The notes beneath the pieces are model-generated. The model was not told the origin of the DNA, did not search any database, and saw nothing but the letters and a program-made list of their open reading frames with translations. From Octopus bimaculoides (Eukaryota): DNA of 64,000 bases. The stretch is taken from contig NC_068987.1 in NCBI RefSeq assembly GCF_001194135.2, positions 19,541,656-19,605,655 on the forward strand, written 5' to 3'. Both the position numbers and the translations under genes were made by a program. Below are positions 24,390 through 37,271 of this stretch, in pieces; the first letter of the stretch is position 1; each line of letters opens with the position of its first letter.

Positions 24390-26942
24390 CTGGAAGAATA
24401 TAAAGGTGGAAAAAAACCACACCAAAGTGCTATCAAACTTTTGGTCAACTCACTCCTTTGTGTATATGAGACCAAATTTCTGCTACAAAATGTCAGACAA
24501 ATACAATTGTAATATGGAGGTGCTTCTGAAAATAATAGTTTATATTTTTCTATTGTTTCTTGTAGGGGATAAGGGAATTCAACATCGAATGATGGCTTAA
24601 TTTACTAATTTATGCTTCTGTGGTTTTTTTTAGATATGTTGTTATTTGGCTCTAGGACAGGCTCTGATCATAACAGAGCTATGATTAAAGGCGTTTCAGC
24701 CATGACCATCCATTCTCTTCCAGAATGCATTACTCAATGGAACTGCTCCCCTCTTGTAGTCATTCTTTTGGTTATAATGTCTGAATGAATAAAGACATTG
24801 TACAGGAATGAAAAGTTTTTAACAAGGGTAACCTTATTAGCAATGATGGCAGGATAACATGGCCCAGTACATTCTGTAAAGTGATTGGCGATCAATCAGA
24901 GACAGCATGGGGTTGAAAGGACACTTCAGTCTGGTTGCAGACATGATGTCTCTAATGCTAGTCCCACAAACTGCACCCAGTACACACTATGGTTGGTCTC
25001 AGGAAGGGCATCCAGCTATAGAAATCATGTAGCAAATGAAACATACAAGTAAGATATGGTTCTCTGAACAACCTAAGAGGGCAGTAAATCTGGATAAGAA
25101 TACACTTGGACCAAGACTATCCATCAAACTCATGCTAGCATGGAAAGTGGATGTAAAAATACTGATGATGACTGAGTCCTTCTTTCCTTAAGATAGTGGA
25201 GTATCAGTTTAAGGAACTTTGCTGCTATTTCTAGTAAATTGAGTGCCTATGAAGAATCTTCCTTGTTGACCCATCTCACAAACCAGTTATATTTAGTATA
25301 GCATAGCCATTACTTTTTAAGGGAAAGCAAAATGTTAGAGTATGTAAGAGAAGAGGAGGGTTAGTGTTAGTAAAATGGGAATTTTGAAGGGGAGCAAGGC
25401 CATTGTGTGGTATATATTAAATGGTGTAATGGGGAATGGTGTGCTGTGATATGCCAGGGGGAACAGAGTGGAGTATGGCGTTTGGTAGACAAAGGGAAGG
25501 AAACACGATAATGTTTTGCCAAAATTACTTGAAAGGGCAAAGGTTAGAAATGAAACTATTTTATGTATATATACAGACATTATGTATATATACACACATT
25601 TGTGTGTTGTTGTTGTTGTTATTGGCACTAGTAAGGTTGCTTAAGTAAAAGGGATATGAAAAAGCCCTTTTACTTAAATGGATGGGAAGAGGGGTGGTTG
25701 GTGGCTTTATGTCAAGCATTGAGAGTCCTGGCATTTGGCATAAAGTAACAAGCACAAGTGTCTTGCTAAAGGCTAGATACCTGGCTACTCCAGAGTAAGT
25801 GATTAACAAAAAAAAAAATAAATAAATAGATTAAAAACCCACTTAAAATTATCTGCAAGGATTAAGATTCAGATGATATTAAATAAACTGCCAGTTCTTC
25901 CATTGGTGCCACCTCCACCCATTATTGTCTGATATGAATGATTTCTCAACTATATTCAAATGCACGAGAAATAAGCAGAATTGAAAGACATCCATCCATA
26001 GCAGTTGCCTGTGACAGTCTGGTGCATCACAGTAGAAAACCACTGGACCATGAAAAATTTACATCTGCTAGAATTAATAACTAATTTTCCCTAAAATTGC
26101 ATCATGCCATCTTAAGAAAAAGAAATGACACATTGGATAATGTTGTCCAAAATACACTATGTCTGAATAAAAGATATGGTTACGACTGGAACATCTCATG
26201 TTCCCTCAACCAAGGCTATATAACAACAACAATTACCAACGGCTTGAGGAAAAGGACATGGTTTAGTTGATCCCTTATTGTCTTTTGCTGAAGATGTGAG
26301 GGGAAAGGGTAATGTAATTGTGAAAAAAGTACAGAATGAAGGGCCATAAGTTACTTGAAGTTTTGAAACGCTGGGAATTTAAAAGGACAATGGAATGCCC
26401 TGGTCATATACAGACACACACATGAAAATATACATACATATACACACACAAATATATATGCATATGTATGTATAAATGTATCAAACAATTGCATAAACTG
26501 AAATTTTGCAGCAGGGCATTATTGGAAAGTTGCAAGCATTATAAATATAGCTAAAAAGCTGGTATGTATCTCACACACACACATACATATCTTTATACAC
26601 ATTGTACACATACAGACCATGCTGTAGATAAAACAAACACACATTAAAAGAAAAAAAATATGAGAAAAAGTTTGTATGAAACTGGTTAGTAGTACACAGC
26701 AACCAAGTTCTGTAAGATTAGGTTGCTTTGAAAATAGGTGGGACATTTGGAAATACATTGGTGAAATGTTGGATTGCACATACCACATTGTAAAAACCAA
26801 TTATCCACCTCTCAAAGACAATTTGCCCTGAGAAGGCACAAAGTGTGTTGAACCAGAGCTGAAATGGACAGTCAATTCATAAAGATTAAATACAGTGGAG
26901 ACATTCATAGTAATGTAGAAACAGTTAGAGGAATGTGTGTGC

Positions 26943-26976
<34 letters not shown>

Positions 26977-27287
26977 GATGATATGAAGGAGTCATTTGTT
27001 GGAAATGAGTCATGCAGGAGACGTAGAAAATGGTGAAGGTCTAAATAATTGTTTTTAAGATAGGCACAAGACTAAAAATTTCAAAGGGAGAAGGGCTTAG
27101 TCAATTACATTGGTCCGATACTTGTTTGGTACTTATTTTATCAAATAAATATGGAAAGCTGAAAGACAGAGTTGACTTAGCTGGGTTTGAGCTCAGAACG
27201 TAAAGAGCCACAACAAATACCATGGGACGTTTTGTCTGATGCACTAATGTTTTTGTCAATAGAAGTTTTAAAAAAAAATATAATAGT

Positions 27288-27558
27288 AAATAAATTTATA
27301 TCTCAAACGCGTGATAATGCTATAAATAGCGTGATCAGGATAAATTATCCATTTATTGCAGAAAAATACGCTACTGGTCAGCCATGAGACTTGAACTCAC
27401 ATCTCTGTGATTACACGNNNNNNNNNNTGACGCGTAATCACAGAGATGAGTTCGAGTCTCATGGCTGGCCAGTAGCGTATTTTTCTGCAATAAATGGATA
27501 ATTTATCCTGATCACGCTATTTATAGCATTATCATGCGTTTGAGATATAAATTTATTT
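27288..27558. repeat. Inverted repeat (about 130-bp arms) of a tRNA-Thr-like element around a 10-N gap
   Basis: The arms are reverse complements with several differences. Each starts with the anticodon arm, T arm (GTTCGAGTC / GTTCAAGTC) and acceptor strand. Confidence 0.85.
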
Positions 27559-28956
27559 CTATTCTTACAATACATCTCAATGCTTCTAAAAAAAAAACAA
27601 AAAACAAACTTTATTTGTTTACTTTCATCGTAAAAGTTGAATGTCTCAAATGTCTCAAAAGTATGAAAGGATGAAAAGTGATGTTCACCATGGCAGGACA
27701 GAATTTGAACTCAAAATGCCAAGATCCAGAACAACTACTGCAAGGCTGCAATTTTGAATCCTATGCTCTAACAATTGTGCAAAACTGTAGCCACAAATCA
27801 GACCTTACTGGGCACACCATCTTGTCTTGGTCTCAGGGATTGCATACCTATTGTTACACTGTCCCATGTAGACTTTCTCTTTCAAAGATGCTAGGATGTG
27901 ATGTAAGGGTGATTTTGCTGTTATTTCTAGTAGCCCAGTGTTTTAAGTGAATTGCCAGAATACACAACAAAACCCCTCCAGTAAACCCAGGAGCCTATTA
28001 TTCACTATAATATTTTTACCATTGAAATTTAAAAGAAACAGTCATATGTCTCTTAAAAAAAAAGAAAAGGATAAAAAACACAGGGAAACCATCATCTTCC
28101 CTTGCTCTGACATCGAGATGATCTAAAGTGGCAATAAGCAATCTATGGTACATTTTGTCAGGATAAACTTCTCAATATTTTACAGAATAAATGCTTTTAA
28201 ATTTCCCTTAATCATTCATAGACTCTCAAAATTTTGCATTTCAAAAATGATTTAATACCGCAAAGTAAAGATTATGTATAGAATTGAGTTTAGTTTTTTC
28301 AAAATAGTCATTTTTTAAGTTGCTTTAAGTATATACTCTTTTAGTTTTGACTTTTACCTTTTTTTTATATTTAAGCTGGTAAACAATGACATTCCTGATT
28401 TTATATTATTCTTATAATTTATTTCTTTATCTCTAATTTTATAGCATTCTGATAAAAACAGCCTTGTTTATCATTTTGCAAGTTTCATCTAATGTTGATT
28501 TATTATTTATTATTTTTTCATTAAATAATATAAAAAGAAATCACCAGTGGCATAACTTCTGCCTTTAAACCAAAATTTTAACAGGTTAATTTGCTAAAAA
28601 GAAGTCTGATGATTCACATTGGATATGAATGTGATCTTTCACTCAATATTAAGAAATATATGAGACCAATTACAAATAAAGCAATTGAAGTCAGAGTTCA
28701 ACACAAAGATACTGTAAATTGAGGAGCTAGAGTTAAAGGTTTTGTGTAATAACTTTACAGCCCTGAGTGAGTTATGGCAAAGAGCAAATAAATCTAAGCT
28801 AACAGTATGCAATAGAGTAAAAATATGCGCTAGTGTGACAGTGAGTGATGAAGAGAGTAGTACAGTATATGACAAAGTGTGATGAAGTGATTCTGAACAA
28901 AATTTCTATGATGAAAAATGTCTTACAATGAAGTGTGTACTAGAAACAAATGTGTT

Positions 28957-29295
28957 TGATGTAAAGATGACTTTGGCCTTGGAGAAAATTAAGTTGAATA
29001 AAATAAATTTGCTTTGAAGTCTGTGTCCATGGAAGCAATGCTGATATGACATGAAGCATCTGAGCTCCATGTAGATGATGGATGCCTGCATGTGGAAAAG
29101 TTAAGGGGGAGTCTACAAGAAACCACTATAATATATGTCTGATGTAAAAATGAATTTGGCATTGGAGAAAATCAAGTTGAACAAAAATTTATTTTTAAGC
29201 CTGTGTCCATGGGAGCAATGCCAGTATGGCAGGAATTGTTCTAAGTTCCATGAATTCTATGTAGATGATGCCTGCATGTGGAAAAGTTAAGGTGG
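28957..29295. repeat. Diverged tandem duplication, period about 183 bp
   Basis: TGATGTAAA..TTGGAGAAAAT..CTGTGTCCATGG..GATGCCTGCATGTGGAAAAGTTAAGG occurs at 28957 and at 29140. Confidence 0.8.
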
Positions 29296-30099
29296 GGTAT
29301 AGGGTGGTATCATCTATGTGGGAGTGCATGTGTACTTAGTAACTGCAAGTAGGCCATCACTTAAGTGTTGGGAGAGATTTAAGTAATCCTTGGAGAACAT
29401 CAGAGTTGATAGAATGGGTGTTGGAATGAACCCTTTCACTGTAGACAACAATATAATGTCCTGACAAGAAATTGCAAATCCAAGAGATGAGAATCACTAT
29501 GTAATCAACTTAGCTAAGAATTTCTGAAGACATACATATCTGAAGACTTTACATTCAATGAAGTTGTCAAGAGTGTTAATATCTTTGGTTGTGTAGGGGA
29601 GCCTAACTCCAGTAGATTTAGCTCTATGTAAACAGTTTTGGTGAAGTCTCTTAGGCAGTTATTTATGACTGTTTACAACTTCTGCGAGGCATTGAAAAAC
29701 AGAGAGAAGTAGATTGGTACTTGATAAAATTAGAGAAGATGCTTTTCTTAGGAATGGAAGAAACTATAGTCAGTCTCTATAGATTTGATTGTTAAACCAG
29801 CAGAATCATATTGGGGAGGAATGCAACAGCCAAACTGTGTGCATTGAAGTTCCCAAGAATGTAGTATTTTGTTTATGAGTTCATAGAAAGGATGGACAGA
29901 CGGTTTGATCTATTGATAGCTGGCTAGATTGGACAAACAGCTTGATAGATAAATAGTTTGATGAATAGACAGACAGATGGATTGAAGAGGGAATGGGTCA
30001 ATGAATAGATAACTGGATGGAAGGACCAAATAATGAAGATGCATTGATTGTCAACTGCAAAGATCAATAAATTGATGGAATATTACTGTACTACTGGAA

Positions 30100-30520
30100 G
30101 GTAGTGGGTAGCGGTTTTCTTCACTACTTCAGTGAGTGACGACCCTGCCTGACACGAGTCCCGGGCTCAGCTGACAGTACCCAGTATGGGCCCCTATACA
30201 GGGTTACAGAAAGGAGAGAACCTTCAAAGAAATCCGGAGTGGAGCCCTGTGGGCAGTTTAGTGTTTGACTCGACACTCTTCTGGCAGCTCCTGCAACCAA
30301 GCTGGTGCCAAACGTAATGCTCTGCACTCCTTTGGACTACGTCAGTAAGGTCGAGAGAGGAATCCTGACGATTGGGCTACCCAGGATTTTTTTACATCCA
30401 GCCCAGGCCTGTGCAAAACTGGAGAGGGCATGAAATGTAAAAACCAGACTGGATTAGTTTATGCGCAACTCCATTGTCTCCAGAGACAAAAGGATGCCAA
30501 CAACTGGAAAGTTTAGAGAA
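30100..30520 (+). mobile_element. GC-richer non-autonomous element resembling an RTE-clade LINE 5' UTR
   Basis: AAATCCGGAGTGGAGCCCT..CTGGCAGCTCCTGCAACCAAGCTGGTGCCAAACGTA..ACTGGAGAGG..AAGGATGCC. It shares CTGGTGCCAAAC with the family-5 SINE. The RTE assignment is from memory of consensus sequences. Confidence 0.5.
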
Positions 30521-30593
30521 TGTCGAGAGTAGCAGTTAAACAGATGAAGTTATAATTTCAATAGCAGAATGCATGAAAAGAAGTGAAACTTAC

Positions 30594-30704
30594 CTCTATG
30601 ACATACAGACAAATATTCTTATAGAAAGAATACAAAATAAGTTTACACAGTCTTGAGTAACTCCAGGCTCCATGGACGAGTAACAACTTGTTTAGGTAAC
30701 GGAA
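30594..30704 (-). CDS. ATP8A1: ATP8A exon: [37 protein letters not shown] (TM5)
   Basis: 111 nt, ttcag acceptor and GTAAGT donor. TM5 FYKN motif. Confidence 0.96.
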
Positions 30705-31534
30705 CTGAAATACAAATACACACACACAAATGTAGATATATATGTGAAATGGAAAAAAAAAAGGAAAAAGTTTTATACATAAGCAGAAAACTTGCAACAA
30801 TGTGCACATGATGATGAGTGTTTAAGAAAGAGAACAGCGAAGATGTGTTAAGTGTAAGCATGAAAGAAGTTCATAAGGCGTTCTGCCAAGACACTCATAT
30901 CCACCAACACCATCATTCTTGTTTTAATGTTTACTTTTCCATGCTTGCATGGGTCAGAGTGAAATGTTGCAGCAAATTCTTTACAGCAGGATGGTCCTTC
31001 CTGCAACCAACCATCACCTGTTTCTAACCAAGGTAATGTTTCTCCATGGCCAGACGTGCTTTCAAAGAATATTGGAAATGAATGACATAGCTTGTATGAA
31101 AGCAATACTCATTTACAACTATCATGTAATGCCGAGACAAGGAGACACAAACAGATGTATATATACATACATAAATGTATATATGATGGGTTTCTCTCAG
31201 CCTGTCAACCAAATCCACTCACAAAGCTTTGCTTGGCTCAAGGGTGTAATAAAAGACACTTGCACAAGGAACTATGTTATGGGACTAAATTCAAAACCAT
31301 GTGGTTGAAAAGTGAACTTTTGAACTGCAAAACCATGCCTGTACTTATATTTCACTATAGTCAACTGGGTTGTTTCTATGGATTATAAAATACAGACATG
31401 TAGACATAGCCTGGAAAAAAAACCAACACTGAAATAAGGTTTGCTTTGTGCAGTAAATACCAATATAGAATGGGAAAATCACTGAAAAATAAAGCAAATC
31501 AAAGAATGTCACCAGAAGTTCTGGAATACTCTAC

Positions 31535-31612
31535 CTGGGCTATAGCATAGTCTGAAGCACATGCTGCCTGCAAGCCTTCGTTACCGCTGATACCTACACC
31601 AACATGTGCTGA
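31535..31612 (-). CDS. ATP8A1: ATP8A exon: [26 protein letters not shown]
   Basis: 78 nt, ttcag acceptor and GTAGAG donor. Contains the P4-specific GVGISG.EG.QA motif. Confidence 0.96.
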
Positions 31613-32726
31613 CTGAAAAAGTAAGACAAACAGGTTTTAAAATAAAAAATACAAAGATGCACCACATTACATTTACATGAAATTCTAATTCTACAGAAAC
31701 ACATGATGAAAGAGTCCCAAAAATATTTGTAGAGACAAAACAAAAAATAAAGATAAAAAAAATTTGAAGTTAATTAATATTAAGCATTAGTTGCTAAGAC
31801 TATTAGCAACAAAAAAAAAAAAAAGAAAATTATAACTACATAATCCATAACAATAATAATAATAATCCTTTCTATTATAGGCACAAATCCTGAAATTTTA
31901 GGGGAGAGGGCTAGTCAATTGCATCGATCCCAATGTTTCACTGTTCCTTAATTTATTGACGCCGAAAGGATGAAAGGCAAAGTTGACTTCGGTAGAATTT
32001 GAACTAGGAATATAGCAACAAATGAAATACTTTATTTATATTATTTACATTAGATGGACACGTGTCCTCATCTTGTTTATTGTTACCATAACATTTTGGT
32101 TGATTTACTCTCCAGCGTTCATCAATAATGTACAGAATTCCTAATCTCAAAAATGAAATACCGTTATACTAACGATTCTGCCAGTTTGCCACATTCTCAA
32201 TAATAATAATGATCTCTTTTATTGGCCACAAGGGCCCAAGACATAGAAGCCAATATCGAAGGATGAGATACAACACACAAAAACAAATCAAAAGCAAAAA
32301 CAATACAAAACCAGGTGGGGTTTACATCAATCAAAGGGTAATACAAACACATTAATTGATATAACAGAGGATATATAATACAAATTAAAGAAATAATAAT
32401 GAATAAAAGAAATAAATCATAATAAATAATTAGAAACCCCAGGGCAGTCCACTTAGGTAAACCCCACGCAAAATTCCCAGATTACTCTGCCATCCCCAGG
32501 GCATGGAAAAGTGCCCTCTTCCAGTTTCTTTCCTCCTGCTTAGGAAAGCAGACTCAGAATCAGTCCATTTGATAATAAAGTGGGACTGAACCTGAAACCA
32601 TTTGGTTGAGAAGCAAACTTTTCAATGACATAGCCGAGATATTTAACTAGATTTACAGCTCAAAAGAGGAAAGAAAATATATGAAGAATTCATAATGACA
32701 CTATAGCTGCAAATGGATCCACATAC

Positions 32727-32832
32727 CTGGATCATACCAACATCATTGGCACCATCTCCAATGGCCAAAGTTATAGCTTTCACAGAATGCTTGACAAGTT
32801 CTACTAATTCTGATTTTTGGATTGGTGATACA
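32727..32832 (-). CDS. ATP8A1: ATP8A exon: (R)[35 protein letters not shown]
   Basis: 106 nt, cacag acceptor and GTATGT donor. RVSP.QK and GDGAND P-type ATPase signature. Confidence 0.97.
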
Positions 32833-33281
32833 CTGTGAAAAAATAAAAAGAAAAAGGATGAAATCAATATATTAATTATTCACTCATTTGTTCATTTTAC
32901 ATCTATTTTTCCATGCTGACATCAGTCAGATGGATACTTATTTGAGGTAATGTTTTATGCTTGATGCTCTTCCTGTCACCAACACTTAACTGTTTTGCAA
33001 GAGATTTTTTTATTTATTCATTCCATTAACCAATATTAGCACAGAATTAAAAGATGTATTGATCATGGGGAACGTAAACATGATATTACCATTTTTTTTG
33101 CTAAGATGGTATCAAGCAGCAAAGTGAAAATGACAATATTCATACACCTGCATGTATACATGATTCTGTGCAGTTTCTGTTTATCAATTCCACTCACTGT
33201 TTGTTTTACAGAGAGTAAAGAGAATATATATATGAACCATTAGGCACTGAGAGAGAGAGTGAGAGAGAGAACTGGACTTAC

Positions 33282-33364
33282 CGGCAACAAATGACTGATC
33301 TACATGAAACGGCAATGTCAAGGAAATCTTGTCGACAGTCACAGAGGAGGGCGTATTTCAATGT
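33282..33364 (-). CDS. ATP8A1: ATP8A exon: TLKYALLCDCRQDFLDIAVSCRSVICC(R)
   Basis: 83 nt, ttag acceptor and GTAAGT donor. VICCR motif. Ends phase 2. Confidence 0.95.
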
Positions 33365-33675
33365 CTAATGAAGATAAATATAAAATTATCAGTCAATCAG
33401 TGATTCAGATCATAACATATAACATTATCAACTTTCAAAATTCTTTATAGAAAGAACAACTACCAACATACTGCATTAAACCATTTTCTTTTTTCAGAAT
33501 TATGCCCTAATCCAATCAATAAAAATCTTTTAGTTAATTCTTTTCAGACTCATATGAACTTCTAGGGTCATGTATACATACAGTTTCCATGGTGTTTAAC
33601 AAATGAGAAACAAAACTGCCCTTGGATAGAACATCAGTCTATCACAGTAGATTTCACTGCAACTGGAATTTAACT

Positions 33676-33716
<41 letters not shown>

Positions 33717-34605
33717 AAATTTTTCAGTGCAGTAACTACTTACAGCACTGAAATACATCACAAGCAGCATCCCATTGTCTCAATTGTAGAGATCAGCTAG
33801 TTTTAAGTCTCTTGTCCTATAGGCAGGCAAAAGCAGTGCTGGTGACAATATGAATCCTAACCTCTTAATTGGTTGTTCAATACTCTCTATTCACCCTTCC
33901 ACACTCAGCACAAAAAAGTCATTACTAACAACCCACTGTAATGGAACGAAGATATATGACTAAAAACTAGAGCTACTGCTTGCACATTATTTACCATTCT
34001 TAAGTATCAACATAGTTTTTATTTATATTTTTTTCAATGCTTAATCAGAGAGGAAGGATAGCTGCTATGGCCCTTTCTACAGCATCCAAGGCTGATAGGA
34101 GGAAATTATCCCCAGAAAGGAAATCTGTCCTGAATGTTTGCTACAGAAAGGGCTCTGGTGATGGTGTGTTAAGTGAGGCAACATATTAAGTTTACCGTCT
34201 GTAAACAACAATGGTTCCTCTGATAGGATTGCACATGAATTCTATCAAAGAAATTTCACTCACAATGTTTTGGTTGACCAAAAGTTAAAGAAGAGATACA
34301 GTGCTCTGCAGTGAGGCAAAACTACTGCAAATCCACAAATACATCACCTATTTATCATTGTTTTAGTTACTTTCCTCAGGAAGCAGAGTCACCAACTTGG
34401 TTTTGATCCTTGATCAAAGCCATTCTGCTTCAAAATACACAAAAACTTTCCATTCCACCATCATATGATACATTCACAAAGCTTTGTTTTTTTTTGTTTT
34501 TCTTTCTTAACCACCGGTTACAGAAAACCAGCCAAATAGGCATAATCTTTTTTAGTTATTACAACAGTCCCCATTCTCTGAAATATGATGAAACATTTTC
34601 CTTAC

Positions 34606-34695
34606 CTGACCATCAATAATAAGAGCAACATCATTGTCTTTCCGTAAATGCTCACCAAAATCTTGGACATGTCGACGGAGTGTCTCTCTGGTGGC
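34606..34695 (-). CDS. ATP8A1: ATP8A exon: ATRETLRRHVQDFGEHLRKDNDVALIIDGQ
   Basis: 90 nt, gtag acceptor and GTAAGG donor. Similar to GTRETLSRHCTTLGDALRKENDFALIIDGK. Follows a 14.2-kb intron (34696-48885). Confidence 0.94.
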
Positions 34696-36183
34696 CTACA
34701 ATGGAATGGTACACAAGAATATTAAATACCCTGTGGGAATGTCAACATTAACCAACTGAATAAAGCAAGAGCAAAATCCCTTTAATTTTTGAATATCATT
34801 AAAGGAATGACATACTGTAATGAAACCCTGATTGTGATTGGGTAGTTTAAGTGCATGCACAAGTGAAACTTGGGACGATTACCCCGAGTTTCATACAGAA
34901 GCAATGGTACTTGACTAATGTCTCCACTCTTTTCAATTGTTCCTTAATGTTCAAGATGGAGTGTAAAGGTGTAGAAAGCCAAGTGCTCTGATATGGTTAA
35001 TGAGCCGTAATGAACATTTATCAAGCCAACTGTTTGCTTGTTCATCTACCATCCATTTTTTTCCATGTAGCATCCTAATATTTCAAAGAAGATTTCAAAT
35101 AAATGTGATGCAGAATATTTATAATGGGGAAAGAGCCTTGGACAAGCTTCTTAACCACACAATGATGCCTGCACCAATCTAAAATTTAAGTGTACTTTAT
35201 GAAATTCCATTTTATTAAATTGTAAACATGGTTTTTCCCCGTGAGAAGAATATCATGTTCATGAAGCTGTTGTATTCTGCCATTTTTTTCTTCTTTTTTT
35301 TTTATGTAATGATAGGAACACAGAATGTAGCTTCTTTTGTTGCAAAAATGGTTGAAATATGATAAAATTATCAAAGAATGTTGTCCTCTGACAATGACAT
35401 TTGTTGAATTGGAGTAAAAAATTATACTTTGAAAGTGTAAATGTAAGATATTTTATTACACACACACACACACACACAAATAATGAGTATAATCTTTCCT
35501 TGAATACTGACTTTCTCTCTCTTTGTATGTACATGTTTGTATGTAGGCAAAAAGAAAAAAAATCTGTATATCACTTCACTCAACAAGTGCAACATGTCAG
35601 ATAACTACAACCTTATACAATAAGATACCCATGAAATGGATGGCACACACATGCCTTAACAAACCTCTTACAGCATGAATCAAACTAAATGCACACTGAC
35701 ACAAATAACTTGCTGCAGATAACACCAACGAACAATCTGGGATGCTACCATTTGATAAGACTCCCTGCAGACAGGTTTTTATAATGTTAGACTAAGCCAC
35801 ATAGATTTTACAGGCATACCCATTCTCTCTTGGTCTATCCTCTCAAATTATGTGATTGTATTGGGCAAGGCCATGTTGTGTGTATGTCTCAGTGTAGAAT
35901 CTATACTTCAAGTGTTCTTGTCTTCAGCCACTCTCATGACAAGCCATGAGATATTAATGGTTTTATTCCAGAGTATTCATTCTTCTCTAGATTAATTGTC
36001 CAGAGGTTGGGAATCTTGTCTGCTGAGCTTTTAAATTATACTAACATCTGTGTACATACATCACACACGCTAGTCATAGAGTGTTGGCTTCGATGGTGAG
36101 CACTCCACTTGCTTGATTGACAGGACTACCTGCTGAGTTAGAGAGTAAAAGGCTGAGTATTCCACAGACATGTGGCCCTTTAA

Positions 36184-36406
36184 CCCTTCAGCATTCAGAT
36201 TACCATGTCAAATGTAATGCTTATTCATTCACATCATTTTGATTTAAATCTTGCATCAACTTGTAGCTTCAGGATATTGAGGATGTGATGTTTATTTTTA
36301 GAATGATGTAGTAGGATAGGTGTGAGAAGCTAGATCTGGTCAGCTTGAACTTAAAAAAACAGCTAGAATATGATGGCTGGACATGGTTGGTTTAAATTGT
36401 AAAGGG
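36184..36406. mobile_element. piggyBac-type MITE family A (opposite orientation to 50157)
   Basis: TTAA|CCCTTCAGCATTCAGATT ... TTGTAAAGGG|TTAA. The internal sequence is the reverse complement of the 50157 copy. Confidence 0.7.
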
Positions 36407-36663
36407 TTAATGTAATCTTCAGACAGAAATAAAATGAGAGTTTGGAGAAAAGGCTGCTTCTTTGCATCACAGGAGCAGTCAACCAGACAAGCTTCTACAC
36501 AATGTCTATATAATTTAATTTCGCTCTCAAGGCTTGGGTAGAGATGAGGCCATGATAGCAGGCACTTGCTTGAGTTGTTATGCAGTAGGATCAAATCTGA
36601 AACTTCAGATCTCATGATTTTGAAGTGAAATTTGTAACTACTTTGTCACATGCTTTCAACCAT

Positions 36664-36712
<49 letters not shown>

Positions 36713-37228
36713 AACATCATAATAACACTTAGACTGAGTTATTAGATGACTGGTTTAATTTTTCATTAATGACATTCCAATTTAAAATTAATTAATGTCT
36801 TTAATTCCAACACATATTTATTATTACTTATGTCTTTTAATAAATAAAAAAAAACAACAAAAAAGAATTAAGTTAATCAGTATTGATAATAATAACAATG
36901 ATAATAGGAAAATTAATATGCAAATATAAAACAGAAATTTGATTCAACAAATATCAACAATCATATATAGTTCATGTGTGTGTATATATATGTGTATTTA
37001 TATCTATGTATATACGTGTGAGTGTGAGTGTGTGCGTATATATGTGAGTGTGATTGTGTGCTTGTGCATATCAGATGTTAACTGAAGTTTCTCCATGCTG
37101 TACACATGTTGGCACAGAATAAAGGCATTTAAAAATACTATAAAGAAATGAAATAGCTTTTCTTTACAAACAGATGGAGAGATTGATAAAACAACAACAG
37201 CAACAATAACAATACCATCACCACCACC

Positions 37229-37271
<43 letters not shown>

